Positions 9,550 to 18,447 of a stretch of 64,000 nt of DNA are shown piece after piece. A program made the translations under genes and the position numbers. Origin of the DNA: Acidimicrobiales bacterium (lineage in GTDB: Bacteria; Actinomycetota; Acidimicrobiia; Acidimicrobiales; Aldehydirespiratoraceae); assembly GCA_965116665.1 (NCBI GenBank), contig OZ220709.1, positions 3,051,486 to 3,115,485 on the forward strand. The letters run 5' to 3'. Numbering within the stretch: position 1 is the stretch's first letter; each line of letters starts with the position of its first letter. The notes beneath the pieces were generated by a model. It made no database searches and was not told the origin of the DNA. It saw nothing but the letters and a program-made list of their open reading frames with translations.

Positions 9550-9808
9550 ACGGCTGTTGAGGGGAAGGCTCAGATGAAGGAAGAGGACGACTCGCCGTCA
9601 GAACGGAGTCGGCCGCGTCCTCCGCTTCTGCCCGAGGAGGTGGACACCGCCTGGGCAGTCCTCTTGAGCAATCCGCCAGTCGTGTGGCGCTATGACCGTT
9701 ACGATCCCGCCTGGAAGCTGCCTCGACCTGCCGCACGGCCATCCCGGCGCTGAACTGCTCCATACCCGCGAGGCTCGCGGCGGACTGACTCGCCGGAGTG
9801 CGGAGCCC

Positions 9809-9837
9809 TTGATCGTTCGGTGCCAAACGATTAGACT
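9809..9837 (+). promoter_or_regulatory. Candidate sigma-A promoter TTGATC-17 nt-TAGACT driving a leaderless transcript
   Basis: The -10 hexamer ends 6 nt before the A of ATG 9844 and no Shine-Dalgarno sequence lies between them. Confidence 0.4.
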
Positions 9838-9843
9838 CGTGGG

Positions 9844-10662
9844 ATGGCCGAGCTTCAGGGGTTCATGTTTCCGCGGACGCCGTCCGGGGTCGCAGGGATC
9901 GTGCCGGCTCCCCCCTGGCACTACTCGGGTGACATGCTCACCGTCGAGTACCGAACAGATCCGGACCGGGTGGCCGCCCTCCTTCCCGATCCCCTGGAGC
10001 CGGCCCCGGATGATCCGGGCGCGGTGGCCGTGATCTGGGCCGAGTGGCAGAGCTGCGGTGACACTTTCGAGGAGTTGCTCGACCCGGTGCGGGCCCAGTA
10101 CCGGGAGGTGTTCGCGGTGGTGCGGTGCCAGTTCCGCGGCGAGACGTACAGCCGGGCGGCCTACATATGGGTCGACAAGGACTTCGCCCTGGCCCGGGGA
10201 CACTTCCAGGGCTATCCCAAGAAGATGAGCGAGATAGCCATAACCCGGCCGGTGACGGTGGGTCGGGCCGGACCCCGGTTGCGGCCGGGCGGCCGGTTCG
10301 GGGCCACCCTGAGCACCTGGGGACGGCGCATCGCCGAGGCCCGACTCACCATAACCGGCACCGCCGAGACGCCGGGCTTCGTGAACGGCCATCCGATGCT
10401 GCACAGCCGCCAGATGCCCGCCATGGAGGCCGACGGCACCGACTCGCTCGACGAGCTGGTCACCATGCGGGGCTACGACGCCGACCTCGGCCCGGTGTAC
10501 TCGGGCGATGCCGAGCTGGTGCTGCCCACCGGTCCCACCGAGGAATTGCATCACCTGCAGCCGATCGAGATGATCGGCGGCTTCTACCGCCAGGTCGGCA
10601 TGTCCATGGCGGCCGGCACCACCCTGTGGGCCGCCCCCAACCCCAAGGCCGGAGGCGACTAG
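9844..10662 (+). CDS. Acetoacetate decarboxylase family protein
   Basis: 272 aa with an ADC-family N-terminal pattern (PAPPWHYSGDMLTVEYRTDPDRVAALLP) and beta-cone length. Confidence 0.75.
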   Translation: MAELQGFMFPRTPSGVAGIVPAPPWHYSGDMLTVEYRTDPDRVAALLPDPLEPAPDDPGAVAVIWAEWQSCGDTFEELLDPVRAQYREVFAVVRCQFRGETYSRAAYIWVDKDFALARGHFQGYPKKMSEIAITRPVTVGRAGPRLRPGGRFGATLSTWGRRIAEARLTITGTAETPGFVNGHPMLHSRQMPAMEADGTDSLDELVTMRGYDADLGPVYSGDAELVLPTGPTEELHHLQPIEMIGGFYRQVGMSMAAGTTLWAAPNPKAGGD

Positions 10663-10748
10663 CCCATGGACTGGCTGCCACGAGCCTCCGGTCGCGCTTT
10701 CCTGCGATACGCGCGGGAAAGCGCGACCAGAGCGATGCAGGGTCCGCG

Positions 10749-12029
10749 ATGAGCTCGGCCACGACCACGTTCGTGGACGACTATCTCGACGACCACGGCG
10801 ACGACGACGCCGACCTGTCGTCGCACGATTCGTTCACCTCCGGCGTGCCCCACGCCACCTTCAGGAGGCTGCGCCGCGAGGACCCGGTGCACTGGACCCC
10901 CGAGTCCACCGGATCCGGCTTCTGGTCGATCACCCGCTACCGCGACGCCCTGGCCGTCAGCCGCGACGTGGAGACCTTCACCTCCTCCCGGGGCATCCGC
11001 CTCGAGGAGATGGACGACGACGAGCTCGAGGCCCGCCGCACCATGATGGAACTGGACCCGCCCGCGCACACCCGGCTGCGCCGGCTCGTCAACCGGGGCT
11101 TCACCCGCCGCACCGTCGAGTCCTACGAGGACAGCATCCGGGCGCTGGCCGCGGAGGTGCTCGACGAGGCCCTTGCCGCCGACGGGTTCGACTTCGTCAC
11201 CGAGGTCGCCGCGAGGCTCCCGATGCGCATGCTGGGCCGGCTGTTGGGCACCAGCGACGAGGACGGTCATCAACTGGTGGAATGGGGCGACGCCTTCCTG
11301 GGCAACAGCGACCCGGAGTTCACCACCCACGTCGTGGACACCACCGACACCGAGGAGTTCCGGCTGATGCCGTTCCGCAGCCCGGCCGCGGCCGAGGTCT
11401 TCGAATACGCCGAGCAGCAGGCGACCGAGCGCCGGGCCTGCCCCCGCGACGACGTGATCACCCAGCTGCTGGCCCCCACCCGCGACGGCGAGCCGCTGAG
11501 CGACTTGGAGTTCAAGAACTTCCTCCTGCTGCTCATCGCGGCCGGCAACGACACCACCCGCTACACCATGACCCACGGGCTGCGCACCATGATGCAGCAT
11601 CCCGAGCTGTGGCGGGCCTGGCGGGCCGACCCGTCACTGACGGAGACCGCGGTGGAGGAGATCCTGCGCACCAGCGCGGTGACCATGCACTTCCGCCGCA
11701 CCGCAACCCGGGCCGTCACCGTCGGCGGGAAGGACATCGCCGCGGGAGACAAGGTCGTGATGTGGTTCTGCTCGGCCAACCACGACGATGACGGCTTCCC
11801 CCGTCCATGGCGCTTCGACCTGGCCCGCGACCCCAACGACCACATGGCCTTCGGGCGCAACGGCCCCCACCTGTGCCTGGGCGCCTGGCTGGCCCGCATG
11901 GAGGCCCGGCTCGTGTACGAGGAACTAATGAAGCGAGTCGATCGTCTCGAGCCCGACGGCGAGCCCGAGTACCTGCGCTCCAACTTCATCGCGGGCATCA
12001 AGCATCTGCCGGTGCGCGTGGTTGCCTGA
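10749..12029 (+). CDS. Cytochrome P450 (paralogue 1)
   Basis: 426 aa with I-helix AAGNDTT, ExxR EEILR and heme loop FGRNGPHLCLG. ATG at 10749; the upstream part of the 634-aa ORF overlaps the ADC gene. Confidence 0.9.
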   Translation: MSSATTTFVDDYLDDHGDDDADLSSHDSFTSGVPHATFRRLRREDPVHWTPESTGSGFWSITRYRDALAVSRDVETFTSSRGIRLEEMDDDELEARRTMMELDPPAHTRLRRLVNRGFTRRTVESYEDSIRALAAEVLDEALAADGFDFVTEVAARLPMRMLGRLLGTSDEDGHQLVEWGDAFLGNSDPEFTTHVVDTTDTEEFRLMPFRSPAAAEVFEYAEQQATERRACPRDDVITQLLAPTRDGEPLSDLEFKNFLLLLIAAGNDTTRYTMTHGLRTMMQHPELWRAWRADPSLTETAVEEILRTSAVTMHFRRTATRAVTVGGKDIAAGDKVVMWFCSANHDDDGFPRPWRFDLARDPNDHMAFGRNGPHLCLGAWLARMEARLVYEELMKRVDRLEPDGEPEYLRSNFIAGIKHLPVRVVA

Positions 12030-12060
12030 TAGCGTCATCGAGTCGAGGGGAGGCTTGGCC

Positions 12061-12921
12061 TTGGGGTCGATAGTGGGCGCCGCGGTGGTGTCGCACGTCC
12101 CGCCGCTGGTGATGCCCGAGCAGGAGCGCAGGGCCCTCAACGGGGGGGAGGACACCTCGCTGTTCGCGGGCCTGCACGCGCTGCGAGCCGAGCGGCTCGC
12201 CCCTGCCGCGGCCGACACCGTGGTGGTGGTCGACACCCACTGGTTCACCACCATCGAGCACATCGTCGCGGCCCACGAGCGCCGTACCGGCCTCTTCACC
12301 TCCGACGAGCTGCCCCGGGGCATGACCGCCATGCCCTACGACATGCCCGGCGACCCTGAACTGGCCCGCGCCTTCGCGGCCGCGGCCGCGGGGCGGGACG
12401 ACACCTGGGTGACCGCAATCGACGACCCCCACCTGCCGGTGCACTACCCCACCATCAACCTGCTCGGCTTCCTGCAGGGCGACGAGCGCTGGATCTCGAT
12501 GGGCGTGTGCCAGACGGCCGAGCCCGACGACTTCCTGCTGGCGGGCGAACTGCTGGCCGAGGCGGTGGCCGGGCTGGACCGCCGGGTCGTGATCCTGGCC
12601 AGCGGCGGGCTGAGCCACCGGTTCTGGCCACTGCGGCAGTTCCGCGACCACGAGGGCGCCGACCCCGCCCTCCATATCCGCACCCCCGAGGCGGCTGCGG
12701 CCGACCGCAAAGTCCTGGGATGGATGGCGGCCGGCAACCATGCCGCCATCATCGACTTCCTGCCCGAATACACCCGCCACGCTCCCGAGGGCTACTTCGG
12801 CCACTACCTGATCATGGTGGGCGCGCTGGGGGGAGCGGCCTGCACCGCTAGGGGCACCCAGTTCGGCCAGTACGAGTCGGTGTCGGGCACCGGCCAGGCC
12901 CACGTATGGTTCGACGTGTGA
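12061..12921 (+). CDS. Class III extradiol ring-cleavage dioxygenase (LigB family)
   Basis: N-terminus IVGAAVVSHVPPL, DTHWF and LASGGLSH. TTG 12061 is favoured (GGAGG about 8 nt upstream); the alternative is TTG 12022. Confidence 0.75.
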   Translation: MGSIVGAAVVSHVPPLVMPEQERRALNGGEDTSLFAGLHALRAERLAPAAADTVVVVDTHWFTTIEHIVAAHERRTGLFTSDELPRGMTAMPYDMPGDPELARAFAAAAAGRDDTWVTAIDDPHLPVHYPTINLLGFLQGDERWISMGVCQTAEPDDFLLAGELLAEAVAGLDRRVVILASGGLSHRFWPLRQFRDHEGADPALHIRTPEAAAADRKVLGWMAAGNHAAIIDFLPEYTRHAPEGYFGHYLIMVGALGGAACTARGTQFGQYESVSGTGQAHVWFDV

Positions 12922-13634
12922 CACGACCGAAGCGGGCCCTGGTGCTCGCCCACGAACCGCAGGGCACCAGTGCCCTGGTGGGTGAACGCCTGCAGCAACG
13001 CGGCTATGACGTGCACGACCACGTCATCACTGCCGACCTGGACCGCCCCAACGACGCCGCGCCGTTCCCCGACGCGGCTGACTACGACATGCTTGTCCCT
13101 ATGGGCTCGATCCGCTCGCTCACCAAGACCGGTGAGATCGACAGCTGGATCTTCACCGAGATCGCAATGGTGCAAGCCGCCCACGCGCGGGGCACGCCGG
13201 TGCTCGGAGTGTGCTTCGGAGGGCAGCTGCTGGCGGCGGCCCTCGGCGGTGAGGTCGAGAATTCGCCGGTGTCTGAGATCGGCTGGCGCGATCTGTTCGC
13301 GGCGGACGGCGCTGCCAATCCGGCTGGACCGGGGCCGTGGTTCCAGTGGCACTACGACCGTTTCACTCCTCCGCCCGAGGCGGAAGTGCTGGCCGTGAAC
13401 GACACCTCGGTGCAACTCTTCCGGTTGGGCCGCTGCTTGGGCACGCAGTTCCATCCCGAGGTGACCTACGCCCACTTGGTGGGCTTCCTCACCGGGTGCG
13501 ACGAGGAGCACCTGAACGAGCACGGCACGAGCAAGGCGGAACTGCGCGAGAGCGTGCGCCGCCACGAGGAGCGCAACACTCGCCAGTGCTACGCCCTGGT
13601 GGACTGGTTCCTGGACGAGGTGGCCCCCTCGTAG
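12906..13634 (+). CDS. Class I glutamine amidotransferase-like protein
   Basis: 242 aa with nucleophile elbow GVCFGGQ and GTQFHPE. The start overlaps the LigB stop; GTG 12918 is an alternative start. Confidence 0.8.
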   Translation: MVRRVTRPKRALVLAHEPQGTSALVGERLQQRGYDVHDHVITADLDRPNDAAPFPDAADYDMLVPMGSIRSLTKTGEIDSWIFTEIAMVQAAHARGTPVLGVCFGGQLLAAALGGEVENSPVSEIGWRDLFAADGAANPAGPGPWFQWHYDRFTPPPEAEVLAVNDTSVQLFRLGRCLGTQFHPEVTYAHLVGFLTGCDEEHLNEHGTSKAELRESVRRHEERNTRQCYALVDWFLDEVAPS

Positions 13635-14596
13635 GCTCGCCGCGGTGCGCCGGCGTCGAAGCTCGACATCCGGGACACGATGTGCTCGCACAGGGCCCGG
13701 ACCTCGGCCGGGTCGTCGGTGTGCTGGGACGGCTTGACGCAGAACGTGGTGAAGCCAGCCTCGATCTGGTCGCCGAAGTCGGCCATGGCCTCGTCGATGT
13801 CGGCGGTGTCGTCAGCGCCGGAGAACACCGCCCGGGTGCCGCCCACCATCTCGATTCTGTCCGGGTCGCGGCCCGCGGCGGCCAGCCCGGCCCGCAGCGC
13901 GTCCAGGTCCTCGGCGCTGGCCGGGCCGAACGGATGGAAGCCGTCCCCGTAGCGGACTAGTCGTCGCAGCAGGGCCGGGTGCATCGACTGGCCGCCGAAC
14001 CACATCCTGGGCCGGGCCGGTTCGGCCCGCCAGGGCTTGGGGACGCAGTACACGTCCTCGAACGCGAAGCGGGGTCCGGGATGCGACGCGGGCGTGTGCT
14101 TCCACAGCGCCGACATGGCTTCCAGCTGCTCGTCGAGGATGGCGCCCCGCTCTGCGAAGGGCACGCCGAGGGCGTCGTACTCCTCGCGGTGCCACGACAC
14201 GGTGGGCTGCACCACCAGCCGGCCCTCGCTGAGCCGGTCCAGGGTGGCCAGCTCCTTGGCCAGCAGCACCGGATGGCGCAGCGGGGCGATCACCGCGCCC
14301 ATCACCAGCCGCACCCGCCGGGTGGCCCCGGCCACCGCGGCCAGCAGCACATTGGAGCTGGGCCAGCGCGTGGCCGGATCCTGATTGCCGGGGGCCGCGT
14401 AGGCCCTGGGGTTGTCGGGCCGGCCGAGCGCGCCCGCGGACGGGCCGAGGACGATGTGCTCGCTGGCCATCACCGCGTCGAACCCGGCCGCCTCGGCGTC
14501 GGTGGCCAGGCGGACCAGCCCGACCAGGTCGTCGGGATCGACCAGCGTGTGGTTCTCGGTGAGGATCAGCAGCAGCCGGGGCCGCACCTCGATCAT
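13589..14596 (-). CDS. Luciferase-like (LLM class) oxidoreductase, paralogue of 5100-6035
   Basis: 335 aa, colinear with the other copy (ILTENHTLV, RVRLVMGAVIAPLRHPVLLAKELATLDRL, GRLVVQPTVSW). Confidence 0.8.
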   Translation of the reverse strand: MIEVRPRLLLILTENHTLVDPDDLVGLVRLATDAEAAGFDAVMASEHIVLGPSAGALGRPDNPRAYAAPGNQDPATRWPSSNVLLAAVAGATRRVRLVMGAVIAPLRHPVLLAKELATLDRLSEGRLVVQPTVSWHREEYDALGVPFAERGAILDEQLEAMSALWKHTPASHPGPRFAFEDVYCVPKPWRAEPARPRMWFGGQSMHPALLRRLVRYGDGFHPFGPASAEDLDALRAGLAAAGRDPDRIEMVGGTRAVFSGADDTADIDEAMADFGDQIEAGFTTFCVKPSQHTDDPAEVRALCEHIVSRMSSFDAGAPRRAYEGATSSRNQSTRA

Positions 14597-14683
14597 GGCC
14601 GCCTCTCTGGTCGTAGCGGAACGAAGCGCCTTCGACTCTAGGAATTACCGCGAGCAGGGGCTCCAGCGGCGGCTCAGGAGCCG

Positions 14684-16654
14684 CTAGGCCGGATGGCTGG
14701 CGCGCCAGCCGCGAGCGGCAACGATCACCCCACCGATGACTGTGAGGAAGGCGCTGGCGCCGGGTGAGAGCGCCGGGGTCGCCAACCGGACGAAGGTGGC
14801 GACCCAGGCAACCCCGATCGCCGCAATGGCGCACCCCAGCCCGAACAGCACAACCGCGAGATAGCGCTGTGCACCGTGGCTGCGCACCAGTCGTCCGAGC
14901 GTCGCCGCCAGGGACGCCACCGTGAGGGCCAGGACCATGTAGCCGATCCTCGGACCCTCAGAGTCCAGGCCGCGCACCACCACGCGGCGGGTCTCGGCCA
15001 GGGCCTCGGCCAGCACCTCGGCGGCCAAGCCGCCCTGGTCGGCGCCCTCTGCCTCGGCCGCCAGCTCAGCGGCGATCTGAGCGGCGTCGCTGCGCTGGTC
15101 CAGGATCCAGGATCCCGACGCGCCGGCCAGTGCGAGGAACAGGGCCAGCACGACCATTCCCGCCAACTCCCGCGGCCCCGCCCGCGACGGCTCGTCGCCC
15201 CATCTCATTCGCCAGACCGCACCGGCGCCTCCACCAAGGACGATCAGCGCGCCGAGCAGAGCCAGCCACACCCCTGTGCCGTGGCTGTAGTCCCCGCCCC
15301 GGGGGGACACGGTCAGGTAGGCCGCCGCGAGCGACACCAGCACCAGCCCGGCCGCAAGGAAGGCGCCTCCGCCCGCGTAGAACCTGTCCCGGCTGCGCGG
15401 TCGCCACAGGGCCGAGGCGCCGCCGAACGCCACCGCCAGAGCGACGAGGCCGGCCACGATCCCGAACCATGAGCCGCCGGTTGCGTCCAGCCCGCTGTGG
15501 GCACCAGGAAGGTCGATGTCGTCGAATCGGGCGTAGGCCGACAACAGCCCGGCGTCGTTCCCCCAGGTCAGCAGCACCGAGAAGGCGGTGATCAGGCCGC
15601 CGACGAGCGCCGCCGCGGCCCCGATGCGGTGCGGGGCGGCCAGCTCGGGCGGCGCCGGCGCGGCCGGCACGACGGGAGTCTCCGGGTCGGCCTGCATGCC
15701 GGGCACGGCAGGCACCACAGGGTCGGACCGAGTGGTCCAGGCGCTGCGGATCCGCGCCGGCAGGCTGCGCCGGTCGTCGCTGTCCGCCGGCTGCGAGATC
15801 CGGTCGAGGAGCACCCCGACGAAGTAGAGGCCCGCGCCGGCCGAGGCGCCGATGGGGATGTCAGCTGTGTTCAGCGCGGTCAGGATCGGCTTGCCGAGTC
15901 CGCCGCCGGCGATGATCGCCACGATTCCCACCATCGACAGCGACAGCAGCAGGGTCTGGTTGAGTCCAGCCATGATCGCGGGCCGGGCCAGCGGCATCTG
16001 CACCTCGCGCAGGATCCGGGTCTCGGTCGCCCCGAAGGCCCGGGCCGCCTCGACGACATCGGCGGGGACCTGGCGGATCCCCAGGTTGGTCAGTCGCACG
16101 ATGGGAGGGAGCGCGAAGACCAGCGTGGCCAGCACGCCGGGGGTTCGGCGCACGCCGAACAGGAAGATGATGGGAAGCAGGTAGACGAAGGGGTGGATCA
16201 CCTGCATCCCGTCGAGGACGGGACGCAGCCGGCTCCAGAACGTGTCGACCCGAGCCGCCAGGATCCCGAGCGGGATGCCGATCACCGTGCAGACCAGCAC
16301 GGCAACGATGATCATCCCGAGCGTCTCCATGGTCAGGTCCCAGTACTCGTTCCCGAGCAGCCCGCAGATCAGGAGGCCGGCCGCGCTGCCCAGCCCCACC
16401 AGGAAATTCCTGGTCGCCAACCCGAGCAGGAAGAACAGCAGCAGCACGACCGGCCACGGCAGCCAGTCCTGAAGGAGGTTGTCGATGATGAGCTCCAACA
16501 GTTTGTCGACGGGCCACTTGACCGCGTCCAGGAATCCCTTGATGTGGGTGGTCAGCCAGAAGACGATCTCCTCTGTCCACAGACCGAGGGGGATCTCCCA
16601 CGCGTCGAGGTTGGAGTTGTCCCAGAACTCGGCGGCGAGCACGCTGGATCTCAC
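14684..16654 (-). CDS. proW: Glycine betaine/proline-type ABC permease (ProW/OpuAB) fused to a ~360-aa C-terminal polytopic domain of unknown function
   Basis: 655 aa. The first ~290 aa are ProW-like (GIPLGILAARVDTFWSRLRPVLDGMQVIHPFVYLLP, FGATETRILREVQMPLARPAIMAGLNQ). GTG at 16654 overlaps the proV stop (GTGA). Confidence 0.85.
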   Translation of the reverse strand: MRSSVLAAEFWDNSNLDAWEIPLGLWTEEIVFWLTTHIKGFLDAVKWPVDKLLELIIDNLLQDWLPWPVVLLLFFLLGLATRNFLVGLGSAAGLLICGLLGNEYWDLTMETLGMIIVAVLVCTVIGIPLGILAARVDTFWSRLRPVLDGMQVIHPFVYLLPIIFLFGVRRTPGVLATLVFALPPIVRLTNLGIRQVPADVVEAARAFGATETRILREVQMPLARPAIMAGLNQTLLLSLSMVGIVAIIAGGGLGKPILTALNTADIPIGASAGAGLYFVGVLLDRISQPADSDDRRSLPARIRSAWTTRSDPVVPAVPGMQADPETPVVPAAPAPPELAAPHRIGAAAALVGGLITAFSVLLTWGNDAGLLSAYARFDDIDLPGAHSGLDATGGSWFGIVAGLVALAVAFGGASALWRPRSRDRFYAGGGAFLAAGLVLVSLAAAYLTVSPRGGDYSHGTGVWLALLGALIVLGGGAGAVWRMRWGDEPSRAGPRELAGMVVLALFLALAGASGSWILDQRSDAAQIAAELAAEAEGADQGGLAAEVLAEALAETRRVVVRGLDSEGPRIGYMVLALTVASLAATLGRLVRSHGAQRYLAVVLFGLGCAIAAIGVAWVATFVRLATPALSPGASAFLTVIGGVIVAARGWRASHPA

Positions 16655-17886
16655 TGCCGAGCGTCCTCGGCCTTGGCCAGCTTGAGCTGCTCGGAGACGG
16701 CCTCGACGCGGCCCAGCTCGGCCAGGACCTCGAGGGGGCGTACCGATCCGATGAGCCTGCCCTCGGTGTCGACCACGGCGACCGGCAGGCCCGACCCGAA
16801 GAGCTGGTAGACCTTGGCCAGGATGGTGTCGTCGGTGACGACCGGCACCGCTTCGACGAGGGGTCCCAACTGCTGGTCGCCGCGCGCCCGGGCCCGCTCG
16901 GCGGACTCGCGGGTGACCACCCCGAGGGGTCGCCCACCGGAGTCCACCACATGGGCCGCCTCCGACCCGCGGCTGCCGATGGCGTCGAGGACGTCAGTGA
17001 CGGTCGCGCCGGCCGAGACCGTCGCAGCCTCGTCCCGCACCGTCTCGACGGCCAGCACCCGGCCCTGATCGACATCCTGGACGAACTCGGCCACATACTC
17101 GGTCTCCGGGCGCATGAGGATGTCTTCGGGCGTGCCGATCTGATGGATGGCGCCGTCCTTCATGATGCACACCCGGCTCCCGACCCGGAGCGCCTCGTTG
17201 AGATCGTGGGTGATGAAGAGGATCGTCTTGTGGAGCTTGTCCTGGATCTCCATCAGCTCGTCCTGCATCTGGCGCCGGATGAGAGGATCGAGGGCGCTGA
17301 AGGCCTCGTCCATGAGCAGGATGGCGGGATCGGTGGCGAGGGCGCGGGCCAGACCCACCCTCTGCTGCATGCCTCCGCTGAGCTGCCGCGGGTAGCTGTT
17401 CTCGTAGCCACTGAGTCCAACGAGCGCCAGCGCCCTCTCCGCGGCCTCGTCACGGGCCTCGGGGTCAACGCCCTTCACCCTCAGTCCGAAAGAGACGTTC
17501 GAGCGTATGTCCTGGTGGGGGAACAGCGCGAAGTGCTGGAACACCATGCCGGTGCTGTCACGGCGAAAGGCCTGGAGCTCCTTGGGATCGAGGGCGGTCA
17601 CGTCGGTTCCGTCGACGACGATCCTGCCCGCGGTGGGCTCGTAGAGCCGGTTCACGCAGCGGATGAGCGTGGACTTGCCCGAGCCGGACAGGCCCATCAC
17701 CACAAAGATCTCGCCCTCGGCCACGTCGATGTTGGCGTCGTTCACGCCGACGACATGACCGGTGCGCTCCTTGATCTCATCCTTCGAGCAGCCGGCCCGC
17801 AACAACGCTAGAGCCTCGCCGTCGGGCTCGTCGCCGAAGATCTTCACGACGTCTGCAATCTTGACCTTGGTCGGCATGAGCCCCAT
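16651..17886 (-). CDS. proV: Glycine betaine/proline-type ABC ATP-binding protein with C-terminal CBS pair (ProV/OpuAA)
   Basis: 411 aa with Walker A GLSGSGKST, LSGGMQQR and LLMDEAFSALD, plus a C-terminal CBS-like region. ATG 17877 (MPTKVKIADVVKIFG) is an alternative start. Confidence 0.9.
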   Translation of the reverse strand: MGLMPTKVKIADVVKIFGDEPDGEALALLRAGCSKDEIKERTGHVVGVNDANIDVAEGEIFVVMGLSGSGKSTLIRCVNRLYEPTAGRIVVDGTDVTALDPKELQAFRRDSTGMVFQHFALFPHQDIRSNVSFGLRVKGVDPEARDEAAERALALVGLSGYENSYPRQLSGGMQQRVGLARALATDPAILLMDEAFSALDPLIRRQMQDELMEIQDKLHKTILFITHDLNEALRVGSRVCIMKDGAIHQIGTPEDILMRPETEYVAEFVQDVDQGRVLAVETVRDEAATVSAGATVTDVLDAIGSRGSEAAHVVDSGGRPLGVVTRESAERARARGDQQLGPLVEAVPVVTDDTILAKVYQLFGSGLPVAVVDTEGRLIGSVRPLEVLAELGRVEAVSEQLKLAKAEDARQ

Positions 17887-17929
17887 TCCTAGGCCTGGGC
17901 CAGCCCCCGCGACTCTAGGGCAGGATGTT

Positions 17930-18346
17930 AGAGGCCGAGCGAATAGGCGAGCCTACTCGGCCCATACGGCGCGGGGCCGTGGCCCGAGCGGCCCGTGAGC
18001 GCAGCGAACAAGAGCGGGAATGACCACGCCGCGGCGCGAGGGGCTGGCACCCATTCACGGACGCTCTTAGAGGCCCCGCGGGTAGGCGAGCGAACCCGTT
18101 TCATACGGGGCGGGGCCGTGGCCCGAGCGGCCCGTGAGCGCAGCGAACAAGAGCGGGAATGACCACGCCGCGGCGCGAGGGGCTGGCACCCATTCACGGA
18201 CGCTCTTAGAGGCCCCGCGGGTAGGCGAGCGAACCCGTTTCATACGGGGCGGGGCCGTGGCCCGAGCGGCCCGTGAGCGCAGCGAACAAGAGCGGGAATG
18301 ACCACGCCGCGGCGCGAGGGGCTGGCACCCATTCACGGACGCTCTT
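17930..18346. repeat. 139-bp tandem repeat, three head-to-tail copies
   Basis: Copies at 17930-18068, 18069-18207 and 18208-18346. Copies 2 and 3 read identical. Copy 1 shares the 3' ~94 nt and diverges in its 5' 45 nt. Confidence 0.95.
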
Positions 18347-18447
18347 AGTCGGCCGAGAATGGCAGAGGCGAAATCGCTATTGCATCCCTGACCCGGCTGG
18401 GCTAGGAAGAACTGCGTGCACGCTCGACCAGGTAAGGAGACCACCGA

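Noticed and set aside
9598-10554. 318-aa minus-strand ORF
   Set aside because: It is antisense to the acetoacetate-decarboxylase-like gene and its promoter, has a G/P/R/H-rich composition and shows no motif.
18184-18199. Sigma-54-like TGGCAC-N5 element inside each 139-bp unit
   Set aside because: The -12 position reads TCAC rather than TTGC. Sigma-54 is generally absent from Actinomycetota.
17930-18346. Possible CRISPR array (also considered for 56974-57158 and 48116-48299)
   Set aside because: The units are directly abutting with no unique spacers, and no cas genes are present. These are plain tandem repeats.
17928-18444. 89-aa and 125-aa minus-strand ORFs with repeated peptide text
   Set aside because: They lie entirely within the 139-bp tandem repeat. 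The unit length is not divisible by 3, so the open frames are a by-product of GC-rich repetition.
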